IMG/VR virus record: IMGVR_UViG_3300024344_003209
Span: 1 to 64,000 of that record
DNA length: 64,000 nt
Origin: a virus
Strand: one strand, 5' to 3'
In this document: positions 58,501 through 64,000 of the stretch, in pieces
Layout: the number at the start of each line of letters is the position of its first letter
How positions within the stretch are numbered: position 1 is the stretch's first letter
Position numbers and translations under genes: made by a program
The notes under the pieces: generated by a model
Database searches by the model: none
Told to the model about the DNA's origin: nothing
Seen by the model: only the letters and a program-made list of their open reading frames with translations

Positions 58501-61500
58501 CCGTCATTAGCTGTTATATTTAATACATCAGCTGGAATCGAGCCAACAGGATTTGATGATGCGGTATTAGCTACACTAGCCCCGGAAACTATAAAAGTTT
58601 TACCTTTGTCATCTTCTGTGGCTATTAAGTTGCTAGTTATAATTGGGGGGTTGTAAAAGTTGTCTACAGGAGAAAAAGTGAGACTACTAACGCTTGTTAG
58701 GGTTGAGGTGCCTCCATCACCAGTAGTAGCTGAAGAGCAAGAAAAATTAATTATTTTGTCATTATTATCTTTTAGTTCGTCGAAATGACTTCCAGTTATA
58801 GATGGGGTTACAAAAGCTCTTGTCTCTTCAGCAGGAAGTCCAAAAAGCTCAGCGTCTCTTTGGGTTCCTAAATAGCTATCTTCTTTTCTTGTCAATAGTA
58901 AACCGCTAGGCTTAGGCCCTAATACGGTATTTATGTTAGATAGAGAACTAGAAAAGCCTCCATTTTTACGTATCCTGACACCAGTTAAGCCAGCTAAAGA
59001 TATAGGTTTAGATGTTAAAGACGACTCACTAGATACAACATCACCATCTACGTTAGTTTGCAAAGTTTCTATTTTTAACTCGCTAACCAAGTCTTTATAT
59101 ATATTTTCACTTGTATTTTTTATTAAATAATACTCCCTTGTAGGATCAAGAGTAACGACAGCATCTCCGGCTGAATCTATAACTGTATCGCTAGCCTGCT
59201 GTGTTATATTCACAAGAGTCTGGCTAGTTGGCATAGTCACATCTAAAGGTAAGAAATTAATCTTTTTGATTACTTTAGTTAAATCATTTTCTAATTCTAT
59301 ATTCTGTTTCTTTTTTATTCTAAACTCTATTTCTTCTGGTCTATACTTTCTAGTTATATCTGTCCTCATTAATATATAAGGTATGGAGTTTACTACTTGT
59401 ATATTATTGAAAGAGTCGGCTCTGTTTTCTGTATAATCATTATTATAAAAAATTCTCTGCTCAACAGAAGTTGATGTAGGCTCGACATCTGACCAAGTCG
59501 TACCGGAATTCAAAGAGTATTGCAATTCATAATCCCAACCCCTTTGAGAGCTATAAGAATCTTTAGTGCCAAGATCTCCTATTAGTACCGCATTTTTAGT
59601 ATATATTTTATATACGTATTTAGTTATTCTTAATCTAGATCCAGCGGAGAACGCTCTTCTGTCTATGTCGTCTCTACTTGTTATGTAGTTGCCTCCCTTA
59701 ATGTTGGATCTTATAAAACCTATATCTTCCCCCGCCACATCTTCATAAAGGTAAGGGGCAGCTAGGAAGTCTTTCTTTGCGTCTTTTGCTCCGTCTTTGT
59801 ATTTATAACTTTCAAATCTTATTCTGTCTATATCGCTTATTGATGTTATAGGAGAACCTTCATAATTTTTATTTATATGAGGGTTATTTGGTGCTTGATA
59901 TGCGTACCCCCTTATATAATTAATCATAGCCCTACTTGAGCTAACGCTTAAATTATCTGACTCTGAAGATGAAGCGAGCCACTCACCCATATGGTAGGTA
60001 TCTTCCTCGTTTGTATTTTCTTTGTACTCGTTAGGTGGAGCTACATTGTTAAAAGAATTTTTATTTGTTATCCAGTTTCCGGGAACAACTTCTCTTCTAG
60101 ATAAGAATCTTAAAAGCTTATACGACCTAGGGTTAGCTTCTTTCTCTAATACTGGCGGAGAAGGCTTAGCGAACGTCCCATTTATCTCATTCGATTTACC
60201 AACATAAAGCCTAATGTTATAAAGCCTACCAATAAAACCATCCCCAATAACTAAAGATTTATTATTTTTTGCCTCTAAGTCATTAAATTCAAAAGCATTA
60301 TTTGTTTTCTCTTTGCCATCGACAAATAATTTTAAATCTATTTGTTTAGTTGACTTATTAAAAGTTGCAGATATAGCAACATGATGCCAAGTATCATTAG
60401 TTAAAGCTGACCACGTTATCGCATCTTGTCCAGATATTTTAAATTCTAATACATGGTTAGGCTTCATTGAAACTTCTATAACACCAGATTTGGTAATTAT
60501 TTTTTTATCTTGAGATCCGTTAGGCTTTATCCAAAAGTCCAAAGAGAAATTACCTTTTAAGATATTAAAAGATCTATGGCTACCTAAATCAAGCTTATCT
60601 CCGGCATCAAAGACCATAGCTTGGACAGATGTGCCAGATACAGTATCTGAAGTTGTAGTTACATGAGGATTATTGCTATCATCTTCATTTACGTTGTCTA
60701 TCTTATGCTCAAACTTAGACCAATCATAAATAGAGTTGCTGGCTTTAGATTTTAATATTAGACTATCAGCGGATTCATTAACGGTCCTTATGTTGGTTTT
60801 ATTAGTAGTGATCCTTGACTTAGTCCACTCGAGAGCCCTTATTTTAAGGTTGCTTGAAGGATTATTAAACGTTGAATTTTTTAAATTCACAGTTAAGCTA
60901 GAAGAGTCTAAAGCTTCTAAAGCTGGGCATACTTGAGACCAATCGCTAGTTCCGTCCTTTGCTTGTATCTCATAATAAACTCCCGCAGTGGGATTCTTTA
61001 TTGTTATGCTCCTTTCTCCTGCAGTTGACCCAGCGAAAGTCAAAGGGTCGGATGCATTTCCCTCTCCAGTAACAGAAATACCATCGTAAGACAAAACCCC
61101 TATTGCTTCATTTGCCCTAGAGACCCTATTGTTAACCAAGCTACATCTAAAATTGTCAGGCTGGTAAGTGTATACGCTATCTGTGTTAACTAAATCTATG
61201 TCAGTTATTTCGTAGTTGCTATTATTAGAATAGTGAAACTCATCTCTAACTTCGTTATTCAACAAAAAGTAAGAAGGGTCTTTAAAAGGAAACACTTGTT
61301 GTGAAATATGAGGCTTTTGGTAGACCTGAGTCATATATAACTTCTCCTCACCTAAAGCTTCTGGGTTTCTGGTAGAGGGGTTAATAGAGAATGGACTTAG
61401 AGCCTGCCCTTGTTTAGAAGAAAAAACAGAAGGAGAATAGTTATTAGCCTGAGTAGAATTATCAGAATCAATATATATATCTCTTTCTAAATAGAAAACA

Positions 61501-63635
61501 GTAGAGTCACCTAATTCACTAGCTTTAGCTTCTCTAACTATATCTTTTAATAAATTTAAATCTTTTTCAGGATTTTGCCCTGTAGCTAATATAGTTAATT
61601 CTCCTACGTAATTCTTTTCAAAAAATAAATTTGTTTTTCTTTCAAAGTCTTCTTTAGTTGATTTTAAATTTGATATTTTTATAGAGCCATCGCTAGCATC
61701 TATACCAAATAAATTAGCGTTTCTTAATATATTTCTACTCTCGTAATCATAATCAAGTATTTTAGTTTTTCCAACATCTCTATCTCCTAGCTCAGAAGCT
61801 GATTGGCCCAAACATAAAGAGTCTTCACTTATTCTTATTTGTTTTGGCTTTTGGTAATAATATTGCTCATCAGTATTAGCGTTAGAGTCAAATGTCCTGT
61901 ATTCAGTCAAAGCGTAATGACTATCTTCAGAGCCGTAGTTCTGACCACCTTGGTAAAAAGTTACCCTTGTCTCCCCGGCAGAGTAAAGAGCGTTGCCTTG
62001 TTCGGAATCTATCGAGTTATATCCTCCTTTAGGAACAGTAAGATACATCTCTCCTGAAGTATGTTCAGAGTAACCTATTCCACTAGATTCAAAACTAACA
62101 ACTTCTTGAGGCTCTAAGGAATAAAAAATGCCAGAGTTAATAGTCGGGCCATAATACTCCTCTCTGACTTGATTAACAGAATCTTGTAAAGCCGGGATCA
62201 TTTCGTCAACCTCGGCTATGCTATTTCCATGAACGTCAATCTCTATTTCGTCGTAAGCTCCATCTTCCTTTATTCCAGTATTTAAAAATACCGAATCTCC
62301 AACAGAAACTGTACCAACCCCTATGCTTCCATTACTAACTTGAGGTTTGGCATAATAAAGTTTCTTAGAAGATCTATCTTCTGGAACAAATTGATATTCT
62401 AGCTCATAAAAATTTTTATAATTATTTTCCCCCGTAATAGATCCGCTTACACCAGTCGTACTAGGCGAAAACGCCATCTCTACAGTCCCCATTATGTCGT
62501 GCTGTTCGTTTAAGCCTTGGCTAAAAAAAGAAACCCCTTTTTGTGTTACCCTTAAGCTTTCTCCGCTTTTAAAAATTAAATCTTTAGTCTCTTGACCGAA
62601 GGTATAGTCTTTCTTTTCTGACTTGCCCCAGTCTTCTATAAGATCAACCTCAAAAAAATCTTTTTCAACAGTGTGAGTATCTTCAGCTGAGCCAGTCGGC
62701 ACCACATCATAAACACCTTCGATTTCAAAATCTATATTTTTAGTAACTGTATCAGAAAATATTTCAGAGTCTTTGTATGGAAACGTAGCAGCAGTATCTA
62801 TAATCTCCCAAGTTGCAGGATTGTCCTGTGTTAAGTTACTTTCTCTGGTGACTTTTCTCTCTATAGTATATGCCTTGCCCGGATCAGCCGGATGATTAAT
62901 TACTCTAGGTTCCTTAAGATGACTGTCATCTTTAGCGACTTCAACAAGACCACTATCTAAAATTTTGTACTCTGTGAAAAGCTCATTTGTCCAACCAGAA
63001 AAACCAGACTCTCCTATATCTATGAATCTTCTAGCTACATTTGCTTCCTCATCTATACCTACAGCGTGAATGTCTTCACTACTAAACTCATGAACCTTAT
63101 TCCAGCCCGACTGTATTTCTGTAAGTTTATCGTTCTGCTTTTGAACTGCTGATGTTTTCCTATAAACATACCAGCCTTTTTTATTAGAATCTCCTTGAGG
63201 CGGTATCTCACCAATAGGATAAACCACAGCAGGAGGATCTGCGGTAACAAAATCTTTGTCATTTAAATTCACCGGATAGACAGTGTAAGTCTTCTCGTCA
63301 TCCGATAATATGCATTTTTCTAAAAAAAGTAAAGTCTCAGGTATCTTTCCGTCTTTATACTCGCTATTAATAGAAAGCCCTGATACGTTAATATCTGAAT
63401 TAACTACATCATTTAAAAGTATTTCTTGCTCTTCATAAAATTTACCAGAAGTATTTACTCTTGCGTTATATTCACTATCTGTTTCTGAAGAGAGCTTAGA
63501 AGCTTCTGAAAAGTAAGGCTCAAAGGTTGTTAGACCAGCAAGACGCAGTCTGTAATTAGTTTTAGGATAGTTTTCCCCAATTGTTTCATTAGGAAAAAAC
63601 TTTTCTATAAATTTTTTATTAAATTCGTTGGCCAT
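46569..63635 (-). CDS. giant virion structural/adhesin-like protein with LamG domain
   Basis: ~5690-aa ORF; LamG (FSLDFWIKP...WHHVAIS...LFVDG...GFIGRLYNIRLY); phage structural repeat I...GSDY..AP.I.I..P...A.A.I..G.V..V...GAGY; start at ATG 63635. Confidence 0.8.
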   Translation of the reverse strand: MANEFNKKFIEKFFPNETIGENYPKTNYRLRLAGLTTFEPYFSEASKLSSETDSEYNARVNTSGKFYEEQEILLNDVVNSDINVSGLSINSEYKDGKIPETLLFLEKCILSDDEKTYTVYPVNLNDKDFVTADPPAVVYPIGEIPPQGDSNKKGWYVYRKTSAVQKQNDKLTEIQSGWNKVHEFSSEDIHAVGIDEEANVARRFIDIGESGFSGWTNELFTEYKILDSGLVEVAKDDSHLKEPRVINHPADPGKAYTIERKVTRESNLTQDNPATWEIIDTAATFPYKDSEIFSDTVTKNIDFEIEGVYDVVPTGSAEDTHTVEKDFFEVDLIEDWGKSEKKDYTFGQETKDLIFKSGESLRVTQKGVSFFSQGLNEQHDIMGTVEMAFSPSTTGVSGSITGENNYKNFYELEYQFVPEDRSSKKLYYAKPQVSNGSIGVGTVSVGDSVFLNTGIKEDGAYDEIEIDVHGNSIAEVDEMIPALQDSVNQVREEYYGPTINSGIFYSLEPQEVVSFESSGIGYSEHTSGEMYLTVPKGGYNSIDSEQGNALYSAGETRVTFYQGGQNYGSEDSHYALTEYRTFDSNANTDEQYYYQKPKQIRISEDSLCLGQSASELGDRDVGKTKILDYDYESRNILRNANLFGIDASDGSIKISNLKSTKEDFERKTNLFFEKNYVGELTILATGQNPEKDLNLLKDIVREAKASELGDSTVFYLERDIYIDSDNSTQANNYSPSVFSSKQGQALSPFSINPSTRNPEALGEEKLYMTQVYQKPHISQQVFPFKDPSYFLLNNEVRDEFHYSNNSNYEITDIDLVNTDSVYTYQPDNFRCSLVNNRVSRANEAIGVLSYDGISVTGEGNASDPLTFAGSTAGERSITIKNPTAGVYYEIQAKDGTSDWSQVCPALEALDSSSLTVNLKNSTFNNPSSNLKIRALEWTKSRITTNKTNIRTVNESADSLILKSKASNSIYDWSKFEHKIDNVNEDDSNNPHVTTTSDTVSGTSVQAMVFDAGDKLDLGSHRSFNILKGNFSLDFWIKPNGSQDKKIITKSGVIEVSMKPNHVLEFKISGQDAITWSALTNDTWHHVAISATFNKSTKQIDLKLFVDGKEKTNNAFEFNDLEAKNNKSLVIGDGFIGRLYNIRLYVGKSNEINGTFAKPSPPVLEKEANPRSYKLLRFLSRREVVPGNWITNKNSFNNVAPPNEYKENTNEEDTYHMGEWLASSSESDNLSVSSSRAMINYIRGYAYQAPNNPHINKNYEGSPITSISDIDRIRFESYKYKDGAKDAKKDFLAAPYLYEDVAGEDIGFIRSNIKGGNYITSRDDIDRRAFSAGSRLRITKYVYKIYTKNAVLIGDLGTKDSYSSQRGWDYELQYSLNSGTTWSDVEPTSTSVEQRIFYNNDYTENRADSFNNIQVVNSIPYILMRTDITRKYRPEEIEFRIKKKQNIELENDLTKVIKKINFLPLDVTMPTSQTLVNITQQASDTVIDSAGDAVVTLDPTREYYLIKNTSENIYKDLVSELKIETLQTNVDGDVVSSESSLTSKPISLAGLTGVRIRKNGGFSSSLSNINTVLGPKPSGLLLTRKEDSYLGTQRDAELFGLPAEETRAFVTPSITGSHFDELKDNNDKIINFSCSSATTGDGGTSTLTSVSSLTFSPVDNFYNPPIITSNLIATEDDKGKTFIVSGASVANTASSNPVGSIPADVLNITANDGSVETPIPVATITDTNDPVVVEDCSKVTIAGGSTNKVINLSTSSLSVTNGSVDSNAIIMEHDKIKLTNDDANITGVIDCSADLILPNNLSNSQHITFLNATNYETKVLAENSSHTVNSKLTDYIPPKAARKFTYNNNNWAASDIEVVSYNQLNLTSSHFASAGNTIVHNEDVDIKITGTIASGRYVNVVRNQIENFNIEGSREDWITPVMRIFINGVLKYTAPSNSLGTRIKFNGSDFEFKDIKPIVFNEVSVSNEDFQGVYSYSGQGGSIDFKFASDRYDSNFEIFVTSKKDVDEDVLIGLSSDDESVKFVDKYGDEIGFYYNTPLSKERVISIRSKNQFTFVIEELDQSDRYKFDQPSSTGEKVIVNRSEDLGLELPTINDNTYDHPFDLVFCNLAKTRAKASLPAESSSRDVLLDISEVAEFSSTNFLYDKSERKETDYNNFVYTNKTQNHSQDLSDGDFVVLDGSVDNVYLESAIKKDIYTKKEHKYSQKNMETMFNAEGEFIEYLSFSTNKFNFKNHGLTTYQKLTFNCEKVIVADHYYAGDPDDYHNQTSPQNPQGFSDGDSVLCYLSGAYYFTYYRGADYKLIKTNFDYPYSFSDVLGLNTSSRKLVAGDVEVNRLFAYIKGTTKMYDFFGNKTGLSTETATEFSLTISADDDSSESRKQTYFVKVLDGNNIELYLDSALSTNERLEKEDSRLTDTFYVNNIDTSSLDIVNNAPAEAIKTFSDNVQLIESLEINKTASLQQHYSNVYTSGSSTPSGVHYVTGYTEDGSTDTCSVESLQGKDTVFLSGKFHAKADLSDSNFDGDYYINAGLSKVAISNTNNNAKYEIKKNRVAKHTSGGTFVEQDQNSTVANASDIIYYPKNELHVLDRKYLSKADDSGLEHNFIFFKPDEHSDDLKIVLPNNWANLEDLVGSNGGKVAVVNLHDRPVRVENFNNTTGFTLNSDSVAFINDKNNYGDPTNHTLFNVNEVNGYTFDIDEDSKIAKVTKGSTAEFFIMKPGDIIIDHSIHHNKKILVDGDINFLRPYVSSNIGDDYGKAAYDENTKFFISNISKEPINVNINYESADSYGIENLTSEGKLHSSKFYTAELAQFAFDDDSGEYFTYIEIEQDTDPANTSDDFVYSSADLNSEKKYNIFGIQCPITIGFYYEGLSVADSKKINDYLVLPDETDFSHADESIYKIMGVGEEGLVKLNLVNTVYEDVSVTAKGYDGNGGAESAVLSSHLQSFINEKIIPSRGAYRSFTHSGGRFDKYYDQDLTPALLPKNKALQFSVAELLSPNFSAYNDTGFSAFYINGDINLGDIGEKSEVEVYQSNLVNVDLRDAKLLKIKESKALFSDSSVDGEQKNRAIISVADNTNISLPRRKLITRDFDFIIINGSRDSIQITSPEGSAVFNTTLASGKFIKISYASNAFASSGPSDCTVVERGIYRKDLKAFTVTRQSSSFIINNEIPQTNIINNSGANLGLKLIGSSQTLQVDKDKHMLVSSAALVLKNKDNVHRLIKQIKDGTVNLDKGLYEKQAILFNDQVIRSFSVPQFFSADFIPFISSDTVDQDRKSGIPSVISMSFNGFSIMDAASSVKNIPAVGPISFSVANNGSTSFDLVDIGCRLDEFRLSQANDKILLPKKNFDYILDKSANISLSLYNRFDIEGNLKDTNVYKFNLEGTVDYDADEDTYRFASLSGKNLYNITQAGEAAVGNITKKQSYVDLIRYLYNEDILDEERTFLRRFYCGKSLYANKSIVFKDPFEVEGTIQSGTVFLNVSGNDCLKEGLDLQLSKNSYVVGSWGAGTKLVRPKYSITPNASKVFILTHNADVEVASVDNLKIANISNGEINVKYSESNEEDELINYSSPVYSCERADFTSSTDITYSEIRKQRREDWFIKLTDLDIPHLIEDPTYFDEKEWQMERTLEKRGINVQYEGARYKFSNIFNTNKNEPKEGQTGFQTIEDYNDAYKFGVTFFSNQRGVKRDVFFKKDISSMTSPMYLKIPWDMKQDIIAYGLNTGHERITKCSHFNERTGEITLSGFKPDRYHSFESEEVFDYDFVYDLNNIEIDNFSRLFNKKEYEQKDYSEEVTLTYNGEVYGPGEKIKGVGLTEYKLNMPYHFDLKFSQYGVEDIDDSAEDASIKSDEKTDFAKIFQSKIDDPTSAVKSPAWSKVSLNEHRNNFLNAVVEEKVSSGAAYELIQGRKIKNIEGRYINEVDKKGGGLFVINEYEKGNWHHTRNFEFTIPLLEGTLASDYTIIQSGDEKITIEDKVEKVIRVRVNLVGYKNQRNQSNIESPAYEYKIKSSLKLNSAPHDLIRLSIEDKDSAPFAPDGVVRSLNEDFSSAISEEQSVKAMDRIKARYEQQSKEVRDADERLLPLDEYMKANQIEINQRNHKAHLSLKNNHGYSFVPFGVHSGPDPMVGFRFNLNRDKASYSSVRFRLKKLTNKKIVFNDLTKDAKIGTYLTNNTSKAKLRYILDSELESISYQDIARPGGVAKLNTFGGWNDIEATTDNGKTFIRLNNVDNGDAIVFKHDAGTSGPNKIKAGRVYFLRIFAVAADGEEKGSNLYEVLNVFDNDERNTDLTYDAVNIIDSAGFSGNKYKIVNYFNLQPQLDNKGRRVDGYRGQNPVINKIYDHGIDDTQYTSLNFPIIVNNKRFYLERPSYKDYSVGVSDEENEDSYESPNTAEAFATTSDNIYTQEGNVFSVRANLELSAVAEGLVSNESDLTGNNRDKTKARTSLIDLDENIYWHDLDIFASFKNILFRNNTTIDFVSIFNKEVRVVVKLTKGKEYRYILNGGNIEGEGDEAKILINGAEVSISGKKLDYFICENGEIEILYKYKDFNTETFFHFDAQDTEEFLFSDAKKDLLETLYTSIFITESAYYVDQIKKTTNDDTIAADYMDYQVPNLNNYNADSEHVLFTPSSFSYTENLDRLFSLDKKYELLRSTTTDHGLAYDGPLPATVKYIYPVLLDGGMELSFSLTEDHVKGFINGFEPPKDDGSSSFRNKPKSIRFNLQRLESGSWVQVSGKENLSIEIDDKQNFRVSLGASPSGSSGSSGSSGTAGSFTGTYRMAIKNETFQYYDEGVLKHFRRNELMRLPFDWRSVIRQSDIGESVDGIFSLDLAENHLIGNSISIPKEGVSLFGCHEYSRVADNYDINIPHERLYKYRLSHRLKASYVDKIAVGGISKVVIESGGSDYRVAPDIVIEDPEPKKGLLTKTSKAIAHIESGKVIYVEVSDSGAGYSDVSSEAGKQKVIDRAKGDIPFVFHSMVIQDSSFTHTFNLTNNSKLVNHDGQKNIILGARVSGTGVPSDTRVEKINSLTQFTLSKQATATQASSISIDYKERQMPYISLSEHKGVKTADVTVNNITEDTGECQENFGILADEAEALAEYVEESFGVDDSESAQAIADFKTTLTKYVNTLNAVSESDNWNTVEDIERKIKAREDSLNERNIEIKDTQSYAISTEDEYSDLQGTESSKHLGLYEADEREATQEISVTIKEDGSCEKEVFPEPTKPVLTAIVNNNSIAEYRVVKNEIANKSQPWLSSFSREQNPSLPKGFGINPTSPVTGEVFNNYVRTINNMRFLGAYVPVFAKVRKYRKYEYRYVEDMANMTFSPEDPSNAGEEIVRINESYQALTYEALSKQNFIDFYDHKEKKYKRAWFSGFKGLQGQVKSNITKATYDIEEFKTDQVFDANYIPKDIGLPNKVNIPEENGVFCFPASYGDVSGDSAGKVLTQEKGLDLPNLNKRRAFAFGGELVYTSEEYDITSETMDTDVSIVNIAGSEIIDTSYENEIIFGCQISGKPFWSTFLKTTIEWTEFEIVPSPSFLKSAVGEDGLGKIENINGTILQTRGICKNEKIGTVDKEQGYHSLCTDGDVRGGTGNVQSYEEYFGLADGDDIIGPSMQEFEFSSRERIDPSAGKQTFKIEPEFTQALAVYGTNKTEMIVRRSDGLFNQNFQAGPCVHKCSPFGRKVFMISDEQLRFDLMKNG

Positions 63636-63657
63636 CAAACCTTAAACCTTGCACTTA

Positions 63658-63666
63658 ATTACACTA
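63658..63666 (-). promoter_or_regulatory. TAGTGTAAT motif (candidate phage late promoter)
   Basis: AATAGTGTAATTAAG upstream of the giant structural gene. Confidence 0.6.
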
Positions 63667-63668
63667 TT

Positions 63669-64000
63669 CTAAGAGGTTATCTCCCTAGGATCTACATAAT
63701 CAAATAATGTTGGGTCCTCTTCTGAAGATCTTGATGCAATTTCGCTAAATTTCCAGTTAAGAGAGCTCGTCTGGTTGTATAAATCTAACTTTAGCGAATA
63801 AGGGTTAATGAACGCGCCACTCATAGCCCTAAAATAAAAGTCCATTTGAGCATAAGGCTCAGTATCCAAAATAGCCCCATTTGGAACTCTAGGAATTAGC
63901 TTAAGGAAGTAAAACCTCGGATAACAAGCTCCGAAAGGTCTATATCCGTCACCTTCGATAACCTCAGAATCAGAACCGTAATCGCCTACCATATTCCTCT
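63669..64000 (-). CDS. C-terminal part of an ORF entering from beyond the window
   Basis: Frame stays open to the window edge. Confidence 0.6.
   Translation of the reverse strand, partial: RNMVGDYGSDSEVIEGDGYRPFGACYPRFYFLKLIPRVPNGAILDTEPYAQMDFYFRAMSGAFINPYSLKLDLYNQTSSLNWKFSEIASRSSEEDPTLFDYVDPREITS

Noticed and set aside
46599-63262. Numerous short ORFs overlapping the giant gene (and similar shadow ORFs elsewhere)
   Set aside because: They are antisense or off-frame shadows of long genes with no motifs or expression signals
1-64000. Bacterial chromosome segment, or alternative genetic code
   Set aside because: No ribosomal or cell-division genes, with phage-like gene mix and density; long ORFs are intact under the standard code with all three stop codons in use

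Overview
AT-rich, very gene-dense segment that reads as part of a large lytic dsDNA phage genome. The host is probably a marine PVC-superphylum bacterium, most likely Verrucomicrobiota; this is inferred from PVC-style prepilin genes, an EF-hand exported protein and a Chlamydia-like RNR beta subunit. Genes run on the minus strand from 1 to 37034, on the plus strand from 37497 to 46231, and on the minus strand again from 46238 to the end. The window holds: (1) replication and recombination genes, namely a DnaE-type polymerase split into PHP, exonuclease and core genes, DnaB, a DnaG-like primase, RecA, a Cas4-like nuclease and two free-standing endonucleases; (2) nucleotide metabolism genes (NrdA/NrdB with class Ic signatures, ThyX, dCMP deaminase, dUTPase, dNMP kinase, PurS, PPase); (3) a ~9 kb nonulosonic (pseudaminic/sialic) acid cluster with a CMP-Neu5Ac-hydroxylase-like metallo-beta-lactamase and two Maf/DUF115-like proteins, plus several glycosyltransferases; (4) a pseudopilin/T2SS-like cassette followed by an orphan Xre/MbcA-type antitoxin domain; (5) a DUF2589-like gene pair beside a lipoprotein with unimolecular-spanin architecture; (6) a phage sigma factor behind a ~400-nt structured non-coding leader, and a manA-like ncRNA; (7) a 5.7k-aa virion-type protein. 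Three promoter classes are visible: near-consensus sigma70 promoters (often leaderless), a recurrent TAGTGTAAT motif, and a sigma54 site before hsp20. All family assignments come from motif recognition by eye; no database search was run.
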